DNA of 64,000 nucleotides from Oculina patagonica (lineage: Eukaryota): contig NC_135768.1 in assembly GCF_052425735.1 (NCBI RefSeq), positions 16,678,001 to 16,742,000 of the forward strand, given 5' to 3'. Below are positions 1-12,394 of this stretch, in pieces. The position numbers were made by a program, and so were the translations under genes. The notes beneath the pieces are model-generated. The model had not been told where the DNA came from and searched no databases. It worked only from the letters and a program-made list of their open reading frames with translations. Position 1 is the first letter of the stretch. Each line of letters opens with the position of its first letter.

Positions 1-323
1 TTTCTCCCTGCAACCATTGTGAGGTTACCTTCTTCAACTATCCAAGGGAAGTGAATAGAATAGAACGCTTCGAATTATCTACAGTGAGTTTACTGTATTC
101 GCTACTTTTTAGAAGCAAAACATTGGGTGAGTGGCGTAATTTACTTCTGTTGCTCAAGCGCTCATGTTCTAGAATAGTCATTTTTAAATTAATTGTAAAT
201 ACTTCATGTCAAAAAGGTAATTTTTGGACAAATCGGCCTGTATGTTTCTGAATTATATCCTCTATTGTACAAATAAACTTAAATAAATTCGCACGAGGCG
301 GTACATTATGTGAAGTACATACA

Positions 324-858
324 GGGCCTGATTACATGAGCCGGGCCGGCCCGGTTAGCCGGGCTGGCTCGGTTTGCCGAGATGACTTTCAGCCCGGTAT
401 TACATGAGCCCGGTTAGCCGGGCTGGCCCGGTTTGCCGAGATGACTTTCATCCCGGTTTCAAGCATGAATAATCAGAGCACGAATGATCTTAATCACCTT
501 TTACCGGCAATTTGGTGGTAAATTTTTTGCACTTATGCAGCTGGATGGGTTACGTTACCTCTACATCCTATTTAGAAGGAGTAGCATTGATTTTTTCGTC
601 GGATATTGTGCTCGGAAGAGAAATTTAATGCTGGCCCGCTTTGCCGGGCTGGCCCGGTGAACGCGATTACATGGAAAATTTTCAGCCCGGCTAGCCGAGA
701 TCTCGGCATCGCGATACCGAGATCTCGGCTAGCCGGGCTGGCCCGGTTGTCATGTAATCGCAAAGTTGATGTTTGTTGCGTTTAACAGACGTGCCGAGAT
801 CTCGGCAAACCGAGACAGCCCGGCTAGCCGGGCCAGCCCGGCTCATGTAATCAGGCCC
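324..858. mobile_element. Non-autonomous DNA transposon (MITE), PIF/Harbinger-like
   Basis: Terminal inverted repeat GGGCCTGATTACATGAGCCGGGC...GCCCGGCTCATGTAATCAGGCCC; 3-bp direct repeat ACA on both sides (321-323, 859-861); internal subterminal repeats (ATTACATG, GCCGGGCTGGCCCGGTT, GCCGAGAT); GC-rich within AT-rich flanks. Confidence 0.85.
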
Positions 859-1419
859 ACAGAAAGATGCAAAGCTTAGAAATATCTTTTTACTGATTAT
901 ATGTAGTCCTCTGTATACTCTGCAGTCTTAATAAACTCACCAGCACGTCTTCAGTGTTGGTCACTTGTTTATCTCTGCCATGCAATGTAAAACACTACAG
1001 TAGGACTGTACTTCATTGTGCACTTAGAACAGTATTCATAAACATTTTCTGAGAAGTAAACTCAGGATAGAACACTGTTAGCCTGTCTCAGAGACATACA
1101 TGCTATCCGGATTTTACTCAGTAAATCTTTATTATATTTAAGTACAACAGGGGCCATGAGCTATATGGCCTGTGCCAATCACTTATGCTGTGTGCAATTT
1201 GCAACAGAGCACTGTTGAAATCCTAGCTACTCTTTATTTTAAGTTTGCAATAAAATATATTTATTTTTTGGCATGCTCTTTTTGTTCATAAGTGGAGAAT
1301 GTAGTAGCCAACAATAAATCATGTGAATGTGCCAGAGAACTCCTGAGCTGCTGATCCATCATAATTTCTAACACAAGTACAGTAAAATCTGTACCATAAA
1401 TAAAAATGTTGTATTGATT

Positions 1420-1704
1420 GAGGTGCAGTGGCCTAAGTGTAAGTTGTTGGACTCCAGATCAAGCGGTTCAGGTGTGAACTCTTACTGGTGTCATTGTGCT
1501 GTGTTCTTGGGCAAGACTACTCTCATGGTGCCTCCTCTCCAAGTGTAGAATGGGAACCGGCCGGGGGAGGGTAAACCTTTGATGAACTTATACTTGCATC
1601 TCATCCAGGGGGGAAGTAGAAATACTCCTGGTCGCTTAATCCTACTTAGCCAGGATAAGCTTGCTTGATGGGCAACTAGACTTGCATGCAGACCTTGCCT
1701 TTTT
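1420..1704 (+). mobile_element. tRNA-derived SINE, decayed copy
   Basis: tRNA-like head with A-box/B-box-like segments, followed by GTGTTCTTGGGCAAGAC and CATCCAGGGGGGA-GTAGAAATACTCCT body; same body as at 30345. Confidence 0.8.
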
Positions 1705-1864
1705 GTAACAAGGGGGTAATTTTGAGGTCACGCAGGACCCTTGCAACCATTATATATGTATTTATTTAAAGAGTATACGGAACTGCGAAGCCAACAACAA
1801 ATACAGTCAAACCTGTACCATAAATAAAAATGTTGTCATAGTAATGGGGTAGTAATATTGATTT

Positions 1865-2080
1865 AGGTGCGGTGACCTAATCGTCAGTGCGCGAGACTCT
1901 GAATCAAGCCGTTCAGGTGTGAGCCCAGACCAGTGTCATTACATGTATGTGGGGGAGTGGGGAGGTTAAACCTGTGATGCAATTGTACTTCCATCTCATC
2001 CAGGTTGCTAAATCCTACTTAAACAAAGTTATGCTCTGGCCTGATGGGCAACTAGGCTTGCATGCAGACTTTGCCTTTTT
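1865..2080 (+). mobile_element. tRNA-derived SINE, internally deleted second copy (part of a local tandem duplication)
   Basis: AGGTGCGGTGACCTAATCGTCAGTGCGCGAGACTC head; shares both flanks with the 1420 copy (CTGTACCATAAATAAAAATGTTGT upstream; TTGCCTTTTTG..CAAGGG..AATTTTGA downstream). Confidence 0.75.
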
Positions 2081-3139
2081 GCATCAAGGGAGCAATTTTG
2101 AAGCACATTTCTGGGAATTGACCCCTTATGGAAGGAGAAAACTGTCTCCAATAGGGTGTCTGTTTATTTAGGGTGCACCGGTACACGGAGCTGGCTTGTT
2201 TACAGTCACGTTAAGTTGACACAAAATTAGTCCCAAAATTGAACTCTCAATTACAGTACACATACTGCAGATGCACAATGTACTGCCAGTGTTATTCTCT
2301 AGAAAGAGCCACTGTCATATTGCATATGATACCGTATTTTCTTGAGTAGACGCCAGACCCCGACTCGACGCGGGCTTCATTTAAATGCTGGGTCAAAACT
2401 GGAGGCGTTTGATCAAGGTCTCAGTGTTTGTTCGAGGTCCAGGTGCCAGTCCCGTTTATGAACTTAAAACTTTATACCCTTAACATTACTTTACTTGTTC
2501 CCATGTTGTGCATATATTGTTTCAGTTATTTTTATCATCAAAAAATCACGGGGCCAAGAGGAAATCAAATGGGTGAAATGAATAAGAAGAACTACTCCTT
2601 CCCAGTTTTGCTGCTACTTGTGGGCCAGTTTCATAACATTATCAGCAAAATAATAGAGTGAAGGACTCTTTACAGTGTTCAAATGGTTTTCTTATTTTAA
2701 GAAACAGGAATACTGAATGCTGGCTGAAGCTGGATGTCTGAAGTGTTGTCACCCATAATAAACACTTAGTTTTAAAAAGTTTTATTACCTGTATTGTAGT
2801 CAAGGAAGGTAAAACTGTATAAAAGTCAAGGAGCTAAATCCATTGATCACCTGCACCACCTTGTTGACTTTAATTTTTCTGTTTAAATTTTACATTATTT
2901 CATGTTTATAAAGCTTTTTTCGGAATAAACAGCTGAGATAGATTTCTAATTAGCTCATTATGCCCATGACGTGTATGATAGATTACAAGAATGAAACAAC
3001 AGTTAAGATCATTTCAATCCTTCGAACGGCAATAGCAACCTACATGTATATGCAGCTCTATTAATTCAAACATTGCAGACATTTTATCCTAACTATTCAA
3101 TTACGTTTTTCTCATCATACCATGTATTCAAACGTATGT

Positions 3140-3620
3140 AGTCCCTGAATCGCCGTTCCTCTTCGTTCTTCGAGGCTTCTTCGATCGGACAAGAAGACGG
3201 CAGCTTCGTTGTAGGCATACAGCGCCAAAACCTCATCGAATGAAATAAATATTGAAGTATTTGCATACGAACATTGCCCTTTAGACCGAAGGCAAACGGC
3301 TTTAAATTCTCATTATAAGAAACGATACCGCAAAATTGCAATGTCTCTTCGTTGCGGCTCTCTTCGGTTTCGCCACCGGGCAAACTAGACGAAGAAAATA
3401 TCTTTTATAACCCTGTTAATTCTCAGTATATTCTCTCTTGGAACACTCGAAGCTCGAAGCGACGATGCGCATATGACGTCACGATCCAACTCATGCGTAA
3501 ATCCGCTTTTCAGTACAGTCGCTGGCTCACTTTAGACGTCCGAGTAATGGCGGACGGGTTTTCCACGATATTCGGCAAGCTATTTCAAGGCTTATATCGC
3601 TCGCAACGTTCTAAATTCTA
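3140..3620. promoter_or_regulatory. CpG-rich promoter-like block with a CRE palindrome
   Basis: Abrupt rise in CpG relative to 860-3000; TGACGTCA at 3474-3481, TGCGCA just upstream, AATGGCGG (YY1-like) near 3547. Confidence 0.4.
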
Positions 3621-3908
3621 GCGCGCTAGTTAAATATAGACTTATTGAACAAATTGACTTTAGAAAAAGTCGAAAAGAAAAACAAAAATTTTGGTCATAG
3701 TAGCACTTTAAGTAAACGATCACTTGATTAATGGATACATTATCCGTTACGTGCTTGGTTAAATTAAAATATCTCATTTTCTGACACGACCAAGCTAGCG
3801 GATGTCAATGTTGAAAGATGATTTAAAAAAAAAAAAAAACTTTGCTCAGTGCCATTTTCAATTTCGCTTCCGCTTGGGAGGGTCGACTTTGAAATTATGC
3901 GTGAGCAG

Positions 3909-4757
3909 CTAGTTGTCCTCTATCTGTTTCCACAACATCTGCCTTGCTGTCTTTACAACTGCTGTTCGAAGCTCGCGAAGACGCCAGCAATACAAAAATG
4001 GATTGATGGACGAGTTCATAAACGCTATAGTATCAGTAAAGTACCAAGCGCTTGTCCACTGACGAGGGGGGATAAATAAAATTGTAACAACAAATGGGGT
4101 ATAACACATAATCATCACCGTGTAATATATGAAAGTGCTTTTGGCACATTTAGTCGATCGCTGAATGTGTTGATTGTTTTCAGTAGACAAATTTTCCACA
4201 GCTTGTTGTTGAGCGTGAATTTGTAACTGATGATGCCTAACAATTCGATAGATTTGGATATAACAAACAGTGGAAATTAAAAGGCAGATACTCATTCCAC
4301 AACCCATAGCAAGATAATAAGCATCCATTTTCCAAAAGGAAAATAATGACAGCAGAAAGCTTAAGAACCAAAGCACTGCTAAAGTATATATAGCGCGCTT
4401 GGTGGTTATCAAATCCGGATATCGCATGTGATAATGAAGAGCCAAGAACCGATCCGCACTTATGGCTGTTATTGTAGAAAGCGAAGCACCACATACAGTC
4501 GTCGTGGTCAACGTTTTGTACACGGAACCGGTTTTTGTTAGTTGATAGGCTATGAAAACCGGTTGTACGACAAGTCCAACAAGAAGATCCGAAACAGCCA
4601 AGCTGGAGAGCAAAAACATGGACGGTGAACGAAGCGAAGGAGTTCTTAAAATGGCGGCTAGAACCAGAGTGTTGCCAATAATAGATATGATCATCAGTGT
4701 AGCATTCAGGACACAGTTTATGATGACAATAGTTTCAGGATGAGAAATGTTGCCCAT
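3909..4757 (-). CDS. Intronless class A GPCR (cluster family), 282 aa
   Basis: 7 hydrophobic segments; GN, LAVSD, DRF, CYTP, NPFLY; short in-frame deletions in TM3 and TM6 relative to the 42759 paralog. Confidence 0.9.
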   Translation of the reverse strand: MGNISHPETIVIINCVLNATLMIISIIGNTLVLAAILRTPSLRSPSMFLLSSLAVSDLLVGLVVQPVFIAYQLTKTGSVYKTLTTTTVCGASLSTITAISADRFLALHYHMRYPDLITTKRAIYTLAVLWFLSFLLSLFSFWKMDAYYLAMGCGMSICLLISTVCYIQIYRIVRHHQLQIHAQQQAVENLSTENNQHIQRSTKCAKSTFIYYTVMIMCYTPFVVTILFIPPRQWTSAWYFTDTIAFMNSSINPFLYCWRLRELRTAVVKTARQMLWKQIEDN

Positions 4758-6193
4758 ATTGCCGGAAAAATCCGCCTCTCAGTGACTCGTTCGCTGTCTT
4801 CGGAAAGATTAATTTAAGTTTATTTTCGAATGAAATAAACTCACTTTGCAAAGAATTATTGTTTGTTTAATTTGTGCCATTGAATATATGAATGTTGACA
4901 AAACAGTATGGTGCACGATAACAGATGTTTGAATTCAAGAAATCGATCTTTCGCCTTATAAGGTTATTTAAACAGTCTTGACCATTCTTGTTTATTTTAT
5001 TAGGTTTATTATTTGTTTTTTGGTATTTTTCTACCATAGAAAACTATTGCGAATCGGTCTTTTTCAATTTAAAAGTAATTGTGTACCTCCCAAAAATGAC
5101 TGATAACTTTCCTTATATGTTTATTCTACTTTATTAACGGAACAGAAGGTAGCCACACTGCATGTGCAAAACAAAATATTAGAGCGTGTCTTTCTATTAA
5201 TAATAAAAGCTACCAAATAAGCATAGGCTGTGCTGTCGATGTTCTTAAACACATTTAGCGAGATCTGTTTGACATTAAAATCACTCGTGACCAATAAAAG
5301 TTAAAAACATGTTAGACCGCCTTGCAATTCCGTTTCTGATTTAATTAAATCATACTTTTACTCATTACAAGTAAACTATTTATATTAAACTAGAACAAAC
5401 CAAAAAAAGAAGTTATTCTAAAGAGGAAGTTATTCGAAATTTATTGACGTTTGAGCATGGAAGACGGAAAATTTAATTTAAAACAAGTCACAATTCAAAA
5501 CAAAATCGTATACTGAAGTTATTTCATTGTAGAACCAGGTCAAGGTTGTGTGAGCCTTATTTGAATATTTTAATTGTTAAATATAATAATCAGCTGGGCT
5601 TATACCAAGGAAATATAAATTTCAGTTATTGCTACACGATGTGATTAAATACAAGACCGAACACTCTAGCTAATAGTAAGCAGGACGATTAGAGCTGTCG
5701 TTTGTCATGTGACAAACTTTTCCTTTTTCATTTTAATGGGGGTTGTAAGCAGAGATAACATTCTTCTTAAATGAGGAAAAAAGTTGACTTCAGAGTTTCC
5801 AGTTCACAAAATCTCCATTTTTTCCCCATAAGTACACTTATCCTAAGATTGTTTTTCCTTCTTCAGTGCAAACATTCAAAACAAATGGTCACAACATTCT
5901 TGTGGTTTGTAGGTCTTTAACACTGCGAACCTAGAAAATTTGTTTTTAGATTGCATGAAATCTCGAAGTAAACTTGTAGAAAAAAACGCTAAAAAACACA
6001 CACACACATAGATTGCGTTCACTTATACAGAACTAAGGGGAAAAATTTTCACGGTGTAACCAACGTCACGCGAGCTTTCCATCGAAATAAATCAGCTAAC
6101 GATAAATTGTGGTAGTTGAAAAGCTTCCAGATCAAAAGATTTTGGAAAACGTTTAAAATACGTTTTTTAGTTTCTGCTAAAACCGTAAATACA

Positions 6194-6827
6194 CTAGCTT
6201 TCCTCCGTTTGTTTACATAACATTTGCTTTGCTGTTGCAGATTCTGATTATTTTCTGCCTTTAAACGTCATTGTTGAGCGTCAATTTGAAGCTGATGTTG
6301 ACGAACAATCCGAAAGTTTCTAATGTTACAAACAGCTGAAATTGGTAGGAGAATAACAATACCAAGAGCTTTGGTAAAATAATAGATATTCATGCTCCAA
6401 AATGTTAAGAATGATTGATAGCTAACGAACCAAAGAGTTGCTGATGTATACTGAAATGGAACGCTTTGTAGTCATTAAATTCGGATACCCAATGTGATAA
6501 TGAAGAGCCAAGAACTGATCCACAGTTTTGGCTGTCATCGTTTAGAACGAAACACCACATGAAGCAAAGGATGCACTGGACATTGCCCGGTTTAGCAAAC
6601 TGTTTTGCGTTAATTCACGAGTTAGCTATGTAATCGGGTTGTACGACAAGTCCAACGAGAAGGCCCGAAACAGTCAATTTGCAGAACAAAATTATGGACG
6701 GTGAACGAAGCGAAGGAGTTCTCAATATGGCCAGAGTGTTGCCAATAATGGATATGAGCATCAATGGAGCATTTAGGACACAGTTTGTGAAAACAATAGT
6801 TTCAGGACAATGCTCCCTTTTGCCCAT
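6194..6827 (-). pseudogene. GPCR pseudogene (frameshifts/stops, TM6-TM7 deleted)
   Basis: MGKREHCPETIVFTNCVLNAPLMLISIIGNT start, stop after QPDYIANS, degenerate DRF block, ICL3 joined directly to the CKQTEES* tail. Confidence 0.85.
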
Positions 6828-6886
6828 ATCGCCTAAATTGTTAATTTCTGATTGGTTTGCCCCCTCATGTTTGAAGAAGTGAAAGT

Positions 6887-6920
6887 GGATGGATGGATGG
6901 ATGGATGGAAGGATGGATAG
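6887..6920. repeat. (GGAT)n microsatellite
   Basis: GTGGATGGATGGATGGATGGATGGAAGGATGGATAG. Confidence 0.9.
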
Positions 6921-6930
6921 CTGAAATATT

Positions 6931-7520
6931 AATAATAGTAGCTTATTGGAAAAGGTATAAGCATTCATGTTCCAAAAAAGTTACAAATACTGGATTTAAG
7001 CTCGTAAATAAGCCAAAGAGTCGCTGATGTGTACATTACCCGATATGTAGTTGTTGCAGTTTAAAATAAATTTCATGTCTAAACTATTTCAAACTAGTTT
7101 GGTTCGTTTTTTTCTTTGTTTAAGCATTATGGCACTAAATGTGGAAGAAGAAAGATACAAATTAAACTAAATTAACTAATTAAATTTGCTAAGTGTATGA
7201 CACATTAAACGACTATTGTATTGTATTGTATTGTAAATCTTTTTAACCTGAAATTCATTTCTAAACTACAATATAGTCATCAAATTCGCGGATATCGCAC
7301 GTAAACGCCACAAATAGAAAACCATTGCCTGGTTCAGCGAACTGTTTTCAGTACTTTAACTGCGTAGGTTAACTAGTTTACATACCTAACATACAACAAG
7401 CGGTTCTGACATAACTAAATAAATTGCAAAGCAAATCAGGTGGAAAGTGAACTAAACGCCAGAAAAGTTCTCAAAGGGGCGGCTAGCCTAAAATGATCTG
7501 GCAATGTTGGAGATAAGCAT
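6931..7520 (-). pseudogene. Highly degraded GPCR relic interrupted by about 220 bp of unrelated sequence
   Basis: AGCCAAAGAGTCGCTGATGTGTACAT (TM4 start) and GTCATCAAATTC..GGATATCGCA (ICL2) remnants; same relic occurs at 35880 and 63340. Confidence 0.65.
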
Positions 7521-7681
7521 CGATGTAGCATTTTAATAGTACATGGATAGAGAAAAATTTTAAAGAACTTACGCAAATTAAATTTGCGTAAGTTCTTACT
7601 TCTTGCTTTAGTTCATGCAAGGAGGATTGACGTATTAAGCAAAAACCCTTATTCCTAAACAAACGAACTTTCTCTTCCTTG

Positions 7682-8524
7682 CTAACAAAACACCTGCCTT
7701 GCTGTCTTTAAAACTGCCGTTTGAAGATCATGAAGACGCCAACAATACAAAATTGGATTGATGACCGAGTTCATAAATGCGACAGTGTGTGCTAAGGTCC
7801 ACGCAATTGTCCAGCGATAGCGGGAAATGGCTAAAATTGACATGGAAGCAAATAACGGGGTATAACACAATATCATAACGATATAATATATACAAGTGAT
7901 TTTAGCACTTTCAGTCAGTCGCAACATGTTCTGTTTAATATTTGCAGCATTAGTTTCCACAGCCTGATGTTGAACATGAATTTGTAACTGATGCACTCTA
8001 ACAATCCGATAGATTCGCACGTAACAAAAAGTACAAGTTAAAAGGCAAATGATAATGCCAAAAGCTGCAGCAAAAAAATAAGCACTCTTTTCCCAAAGGA
8101 ACAGCAATGATAACAGAAAGCTAATTAACCAAATAGTTGCTGATGTATACAGAGCGCGATGTGTAGTCATCAAATTCGGATATCGCATGTGATAATGAAG
8201 AGCCAAGAACCGATCCACAGTTATGGCTGTCATCATAAGAAGTGAAACACCACATCGTAACGCGGCCATTATGAACAATACTTGGAAAAGCAATTCATTT
8301 TCGGTGAGCTGATGAGCAATGTTAGCCGGTTGTAGGATAAGCCCAACAAAAAGATCCGATACAGCCAGACTGCAGAGCCAAATTATAGACGGCGAGTGAA
8401 GCGACGGTGTTCTCATTATGGAAGCTATCACCAGAGTGTTTTCAAATATAGATATCAGCATCAATAAAGCATTTAGTATACAGTTTATGATAACAACAGT
8501 ATCAGGAGGAGAATTACTGCCCAT
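7682..8524 (-). CDS. Intronless class A GPCR, FEN subtype, 280 aa (tail shortened by an AAG>TAG change)
   Basis: All 7 TM motifs; TM1 reads FEN instead of IGN; the sequence after the stop still encodes QGRESSFV*, resembling the QRVENSFT* tail of paralogs. Confidence 0.88.
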   Translation of the reverse strand: MGSNSPPDTVVIINCILNALLMLISIFENTLVIASIMRTPSLHSPSIIWLCSLAVSDLFVGLILQPANIAHQLTENELLFQVLFIMAALRCGVSLLMMTAITVDRFLALHYHMRYPNLMTTHRALYTSATIWLISFLLSLLFLWEKSAYFFAAAFGIIICLLTCTFCYVRIYRIVRVHQLQIHVQHQAVETNAANIKQNMLRLTESAKITCIYYIVMILCYTPLFASMSILAISRYRWTIAWTLAHTVAFMNSVINPILYCWRLHDLQTAVLKTARQVFC

Positions 8525-9510
8525 AATGTCGGGAAAATCAGCCCCTGATTCGTGTGCCGTCTCTGCGCACCCTCTCTAACGCAACGATTAATCTTATAAC
8601 TCGATATTGCTGAGTGCTCGGTTCATTTGCTCGACAAATACGACTCACTCACTAAAAATGAAAGCACGAAAAAATTAAATTTATATTCGAATAAAATAAA
8701 CACACTGTGCAAAACGTTATTGTTGGTTTGAGGCATTGAATATATGATGTAGACATAACAGTATGGTGCAAGGTGGCAGATGTTTGAATTCAAGGAATCG
8801 ATCAATATCGCTACAGAAAAGGTTATTAAAACAGCTATATAGCTAGCTCTTCAGTCCTAGCCATTCTTGTTTACTTTTGGTTTATTATTACTTGTTTGTT
8901 GTTTTGCTTCCTTAGAAAGCATTATTATGAGGTTTTCTTCAATCTGAAAGTATTTTGTACCTCCGAAAAATGATTTATAATCTCATGAAATTCTTTATTC
9001 TACTTTATTAAGATAGATAGCTACAATGGATGTGCAAATTGAATTATTAAAAAGTAAATTAAATTATTAGAAAGTGTTTTTCAATTAATAGTAAAAGCTA
9101 ATAAAAATGCAGCGTAGGCTGTACTGTCATTATTCTTTAGCACGTTCAGCGAGATCTGTTCGACCTTTAAATCACTCCACTCAAGCTAAAAACATGTTAT
9201 ACCGTCTCTAAATGTTTCAATCGAGCCGGATGTTGGAAACCCTTTTTATTAGATGTTTCTCAGACCTTAACATGTTTTTTATATAGTTACTTCCGGCATC
9301 AACCCATTTTATCCACGACAGAAGCAATTTGGTTATACGCTCGCCCACCAAAATCTTCTTCTCTTCTTAACTACATACACCCTTCCCAATCACCCTAAAT
9401 TTTAAAATTTACAGAACAGATATTTTTAAGACATTGCAATTTCATTTAATTCCAGTTCAATTCAATTCTACATTCTATACTTTTACACATTACAACTAAC
9501 TCCTAAACAA

Positions 9511-9642
9511 TAATTGCCCCCGCAGGGTTTTGGCCCAGAGGCCAAAACCCGAGGAGGCACACTAGGAGTCCCCGAGTGTATACATACAAGGACAATGAAT
9601 ATTTGTTGAAAAAGTAAGAAATGTGTCTGTAGTGGGCGAAGC

Positions 9643-9678
<36 letters not shown>

Positions 9679-10492
9679 GACGGGTAATATTTTTGCAAGC
9701 GCGCACGGTGGTGTCGGGTACTTGCAACCACGAGGTCGCGTTTGGTCACCTTCGCGTTTCGAGCTTCACCATCTGCTAGCAGCGTTTTGTTTTCCGATTT
9801 TGGCCTACGCGTGTTCACAGATTTGTTCGAGCGGTTTCTTTGCTTTGGTTGTGTTAAGTGATATTTGAAGCAAATGTTAGTAATACGTCGAAAGATTTCG
9901 AGCAATTGGTTTCGTGTTCTTGGCTACGTGCCGGCTACCTATGTTCCAAGCGTTACATTTGTAAGGTTTGCTTTCGGAGGTTTGTTGTAACGTATACATT
10001 TTACAAGTTACAACGAGTAATAAACAAAAGCGTGAACTTTGTCATGTATTACAAGGTACAACGTAATTCGTTTCGCTAACCTATGCGCTAACAAACTGTC
10101 AGATTATTTGATCCAAAGAGTGGGTTGTTTTCTCGAATCTTTGAATGTGCCATATTTTGTTACTCGTGGAATTTTTTAGGCTTTTTGGCCTGGAAATTAT
10201 TGTAAGTTTATTTTGAATGTTATAAGCCCGGGAATAAGCTTGTGTGTTGTCATCACGAATAATGTGTTATGTGTTATTTCCGCTAGGTGTTATTTACGCA
10301 CGCTAGGTAATATAATTCGACTTGAACTTGTGAATATTTTTAGGACGCAACGGTGTCACACAACAAGAAATTCCGCATGACACAGTAAAAAAGAAGCCTA
10401 ATTGTGCAGTCCATCTGCATTAATAAGTAAAGGCGACAAAAAACAAATTATAAAAAGGCGGGGGCAGCTTTATAGTGAGAACTATTACTAGT
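9511..10492 (+). mobile_element. Non-autonomous Helentron/Helitron2-like element (HINE-type)
   Basis: 5' subterminal TGCCCCCGC followed by hairpin GGGTTTTGGCC..GGCCAAAACCC; 3' inverted copy GCGGGGGCA (10458-10466), then stem-loop ATAGT-GAGA-ACTAT and CTAGT end; absent from the paralogous flank at about 5330-5400. Confidence 0.65.
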
Positions 10493-10639
10493 TATAACAT
10501 AGCGCGCGCGCAAGCCCTATCTAATTCCTGTTGAGCGATTATGGTATAAATCTTTATCTATGCACGGCCGTGCGTATATAAGATGACGTGTGCATTTGCA
10601 TTTTAGCTAAGTCGAGTTTTATAGCTGCGAGTTCCCTTT

Positions 10640-11330
10640 GTCTACTCCGAGTTGGCTTTAACCTCTCGTATCCAGTAAGGACGAATGGAAAATTGTCATA
10701 TTTTAAAATTCTTGGACATTTCCTTTCGACTTAAACGAAGTGATAGTCAAAGAGGCGGGAAAATCTGTGCCGCGGTGTTCACTTCTTGAGTTGAATGAAC
10801 CCGCGAGTAGAGCGAACAAGAGAGTTTTCTGTCGAAGATTTCCTCAAACAATCTCCTCCAAAGTCGTCTATACGCCCTGGAAAATTGTGAAAACAGTAAA
10901 TTTCCGAAAATTCGAAGCAGTATATTTTCTGGAGGTTATACGCCTTGTACAAGTCGAACAAAGCAAGCGTTTACATTGTACTTGTTTACGGCTCCACGGC
11001 TGTCATGAAGACTACTATATTATGCTGAAACTGAAGCGAAATTAAGCTCAAAGTGTTTCTAACAAGTTTTGACTTGACGTAGAAGGACAAGACCAAGATT
11101 CAAAGGTACAAACTTTAATATTTACGAAAGTGTCGCGCCTAATTTTATGTCGTACACTCTGAGTCTCTGACTGAACAAAATTTAGTTGTCAGTTTTCCGG
11201 TCATCCCGTTCTAAATTATTTGCTGCTTTTCATCTTCATTCAGTCGCTCTTTCTGTACATTTACAAGTATCTTCAATTAAACATTTCGCATCAATCCTTT
11301 TGTTTTGCGTAGTTGAGTTAACTATAACAT
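10640..11330 (+). repeat. Interspersed repeat; inverted homolog of the interior of the 12395-13318 element
   Basis: GAGGCGGGAAAAT..GTG..GGTGTTCACTTCTTGAGTTGAATGAA and TTTACGGCTCCACGGCTGTCAT match the reverse complement of about 12800-13190. Confidence 0.75.
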
Positions 11331-11428
11331 TTTTGTGGTTTTAGGGAAGGCCGATTGCTGTATTTCTTGTGTTTCAAAACTCGACAAATTTGCTATTTTT
11401 AACCAAGTTTGTAGTCGTTATGTTATAA

Positions 11429-11620
11429 AAGAATTGGTTCATGCTTTTAGCTGTGCGTATATTGAGTTATGGAGCACTTAGGAAGTTTGGAGAGCACTCA
11501 AGAAGCTAGAGTTGCTCTCGGCTTTCGCCTCGAGCAACTCTTACGCTTCCTTCGTGCTCTCCAAACTTCCCGCGTGCATCCATAACTCGATATACGCACG
11601 CTAAGCATGAACCAATTCTT
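11429..11620. repeat. Fold-back palindromic element of about 190 bp
   Basis: AAGAATTGGTTCATGCTT...AAGCATGAACCAATTCTT arms pairing inward to a CTCGGCTTTCGCCTCGAG centre. Confidence 0.85.
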
Positions 11621-12394
11621 AATTCAACAAAGAAAAAACCAAACAAAAGAAGTTATTCTAAATAAATCTAACTAACAAAATGTATTGTCATGATAGCATG
11701 GAGGGTAAATTTAATTGAAAACACATCGCAATTCAAAACAAAATCGTATACTGCAGTTATTTTTTCTAACTGAACCAGGTCAAGGTCCTGTGAACCTTAC
11801 TTGAAGATTTTAATTGTTAAATAGAATTATGAGCTGGTTTTATATTTTGAGTAAATATAAATGTGCTCGCTACACGATGTTATTTTAAAAATATACGACC
11901 GAGCAGTCTATAGTAAACAGAATGATAAGCTGTCGCTTGTCACCTGACAAACGTTCCGCTTTAAATTATAATAGGGTTGTAAGCAGAGATAATTTTTTTT
12001 CTTGAATGAGGAAAAAATGTTAACTTCAGAGTTTCCAGTTCACAAAATCTTCATGTTTTCCCTTTCATTACACTCATCCTACCATTGTTTTTTCTTTTTC
12101 AGTGCAAACATTCAAGAGATTTTCACAACATTCTGGTGGTTTGTGGGACTTTACACTAAGAACCTAGGATTTTTAGATTGCAGGAAACCTCGAAGTAAAC
12201 ATTTAGAAAAAACGCAAAACACACACAGATTGCGTTAACTAAGGAAGAAAAAAGGTTCACGATGTAACCAACGTCGCGTGAGCTGTCCATCTAAATAAAT
12301 CAGCTAATTACTATTATTTTTTTATTTACGAATTCTTAACCCGATTATTGCATTTCTTTCCTACTGGTTGACTCACAAATTCCGGTTATTAGTG

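Larger units (their letters stand above)
34..3218 (-). other. Possible spliced minus-strand gene (candidate exons 3121-3218, 2789-2814, 941-994, 34-78); product unknown
   Basis: Candidate donors GTATGA, GTAATA and GTGAGT and acceptors ATACAG and CTGTAG on the minus strand; 941-994 is a 54-nt open segment (CFTLHGRDKQVTNTEDVL); the region is CpG-depleted next to a CpG-rich block. Exon phases are not all compatible and no family was recognised. Confidence 0.25.

Noticed and set aside
1420-1495. tRNA-like sequence
   Set aside because: Decayed head of a SINE continuous with a SINE body; not a functional cloverleaf
3093-3383. 96-aa ORF with a passing resemblance (FRDY) to the myo-inositol oxygenase N-terminus
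   Set aside because: The similarity is only a few residues and no downstream candidate exon matches that family
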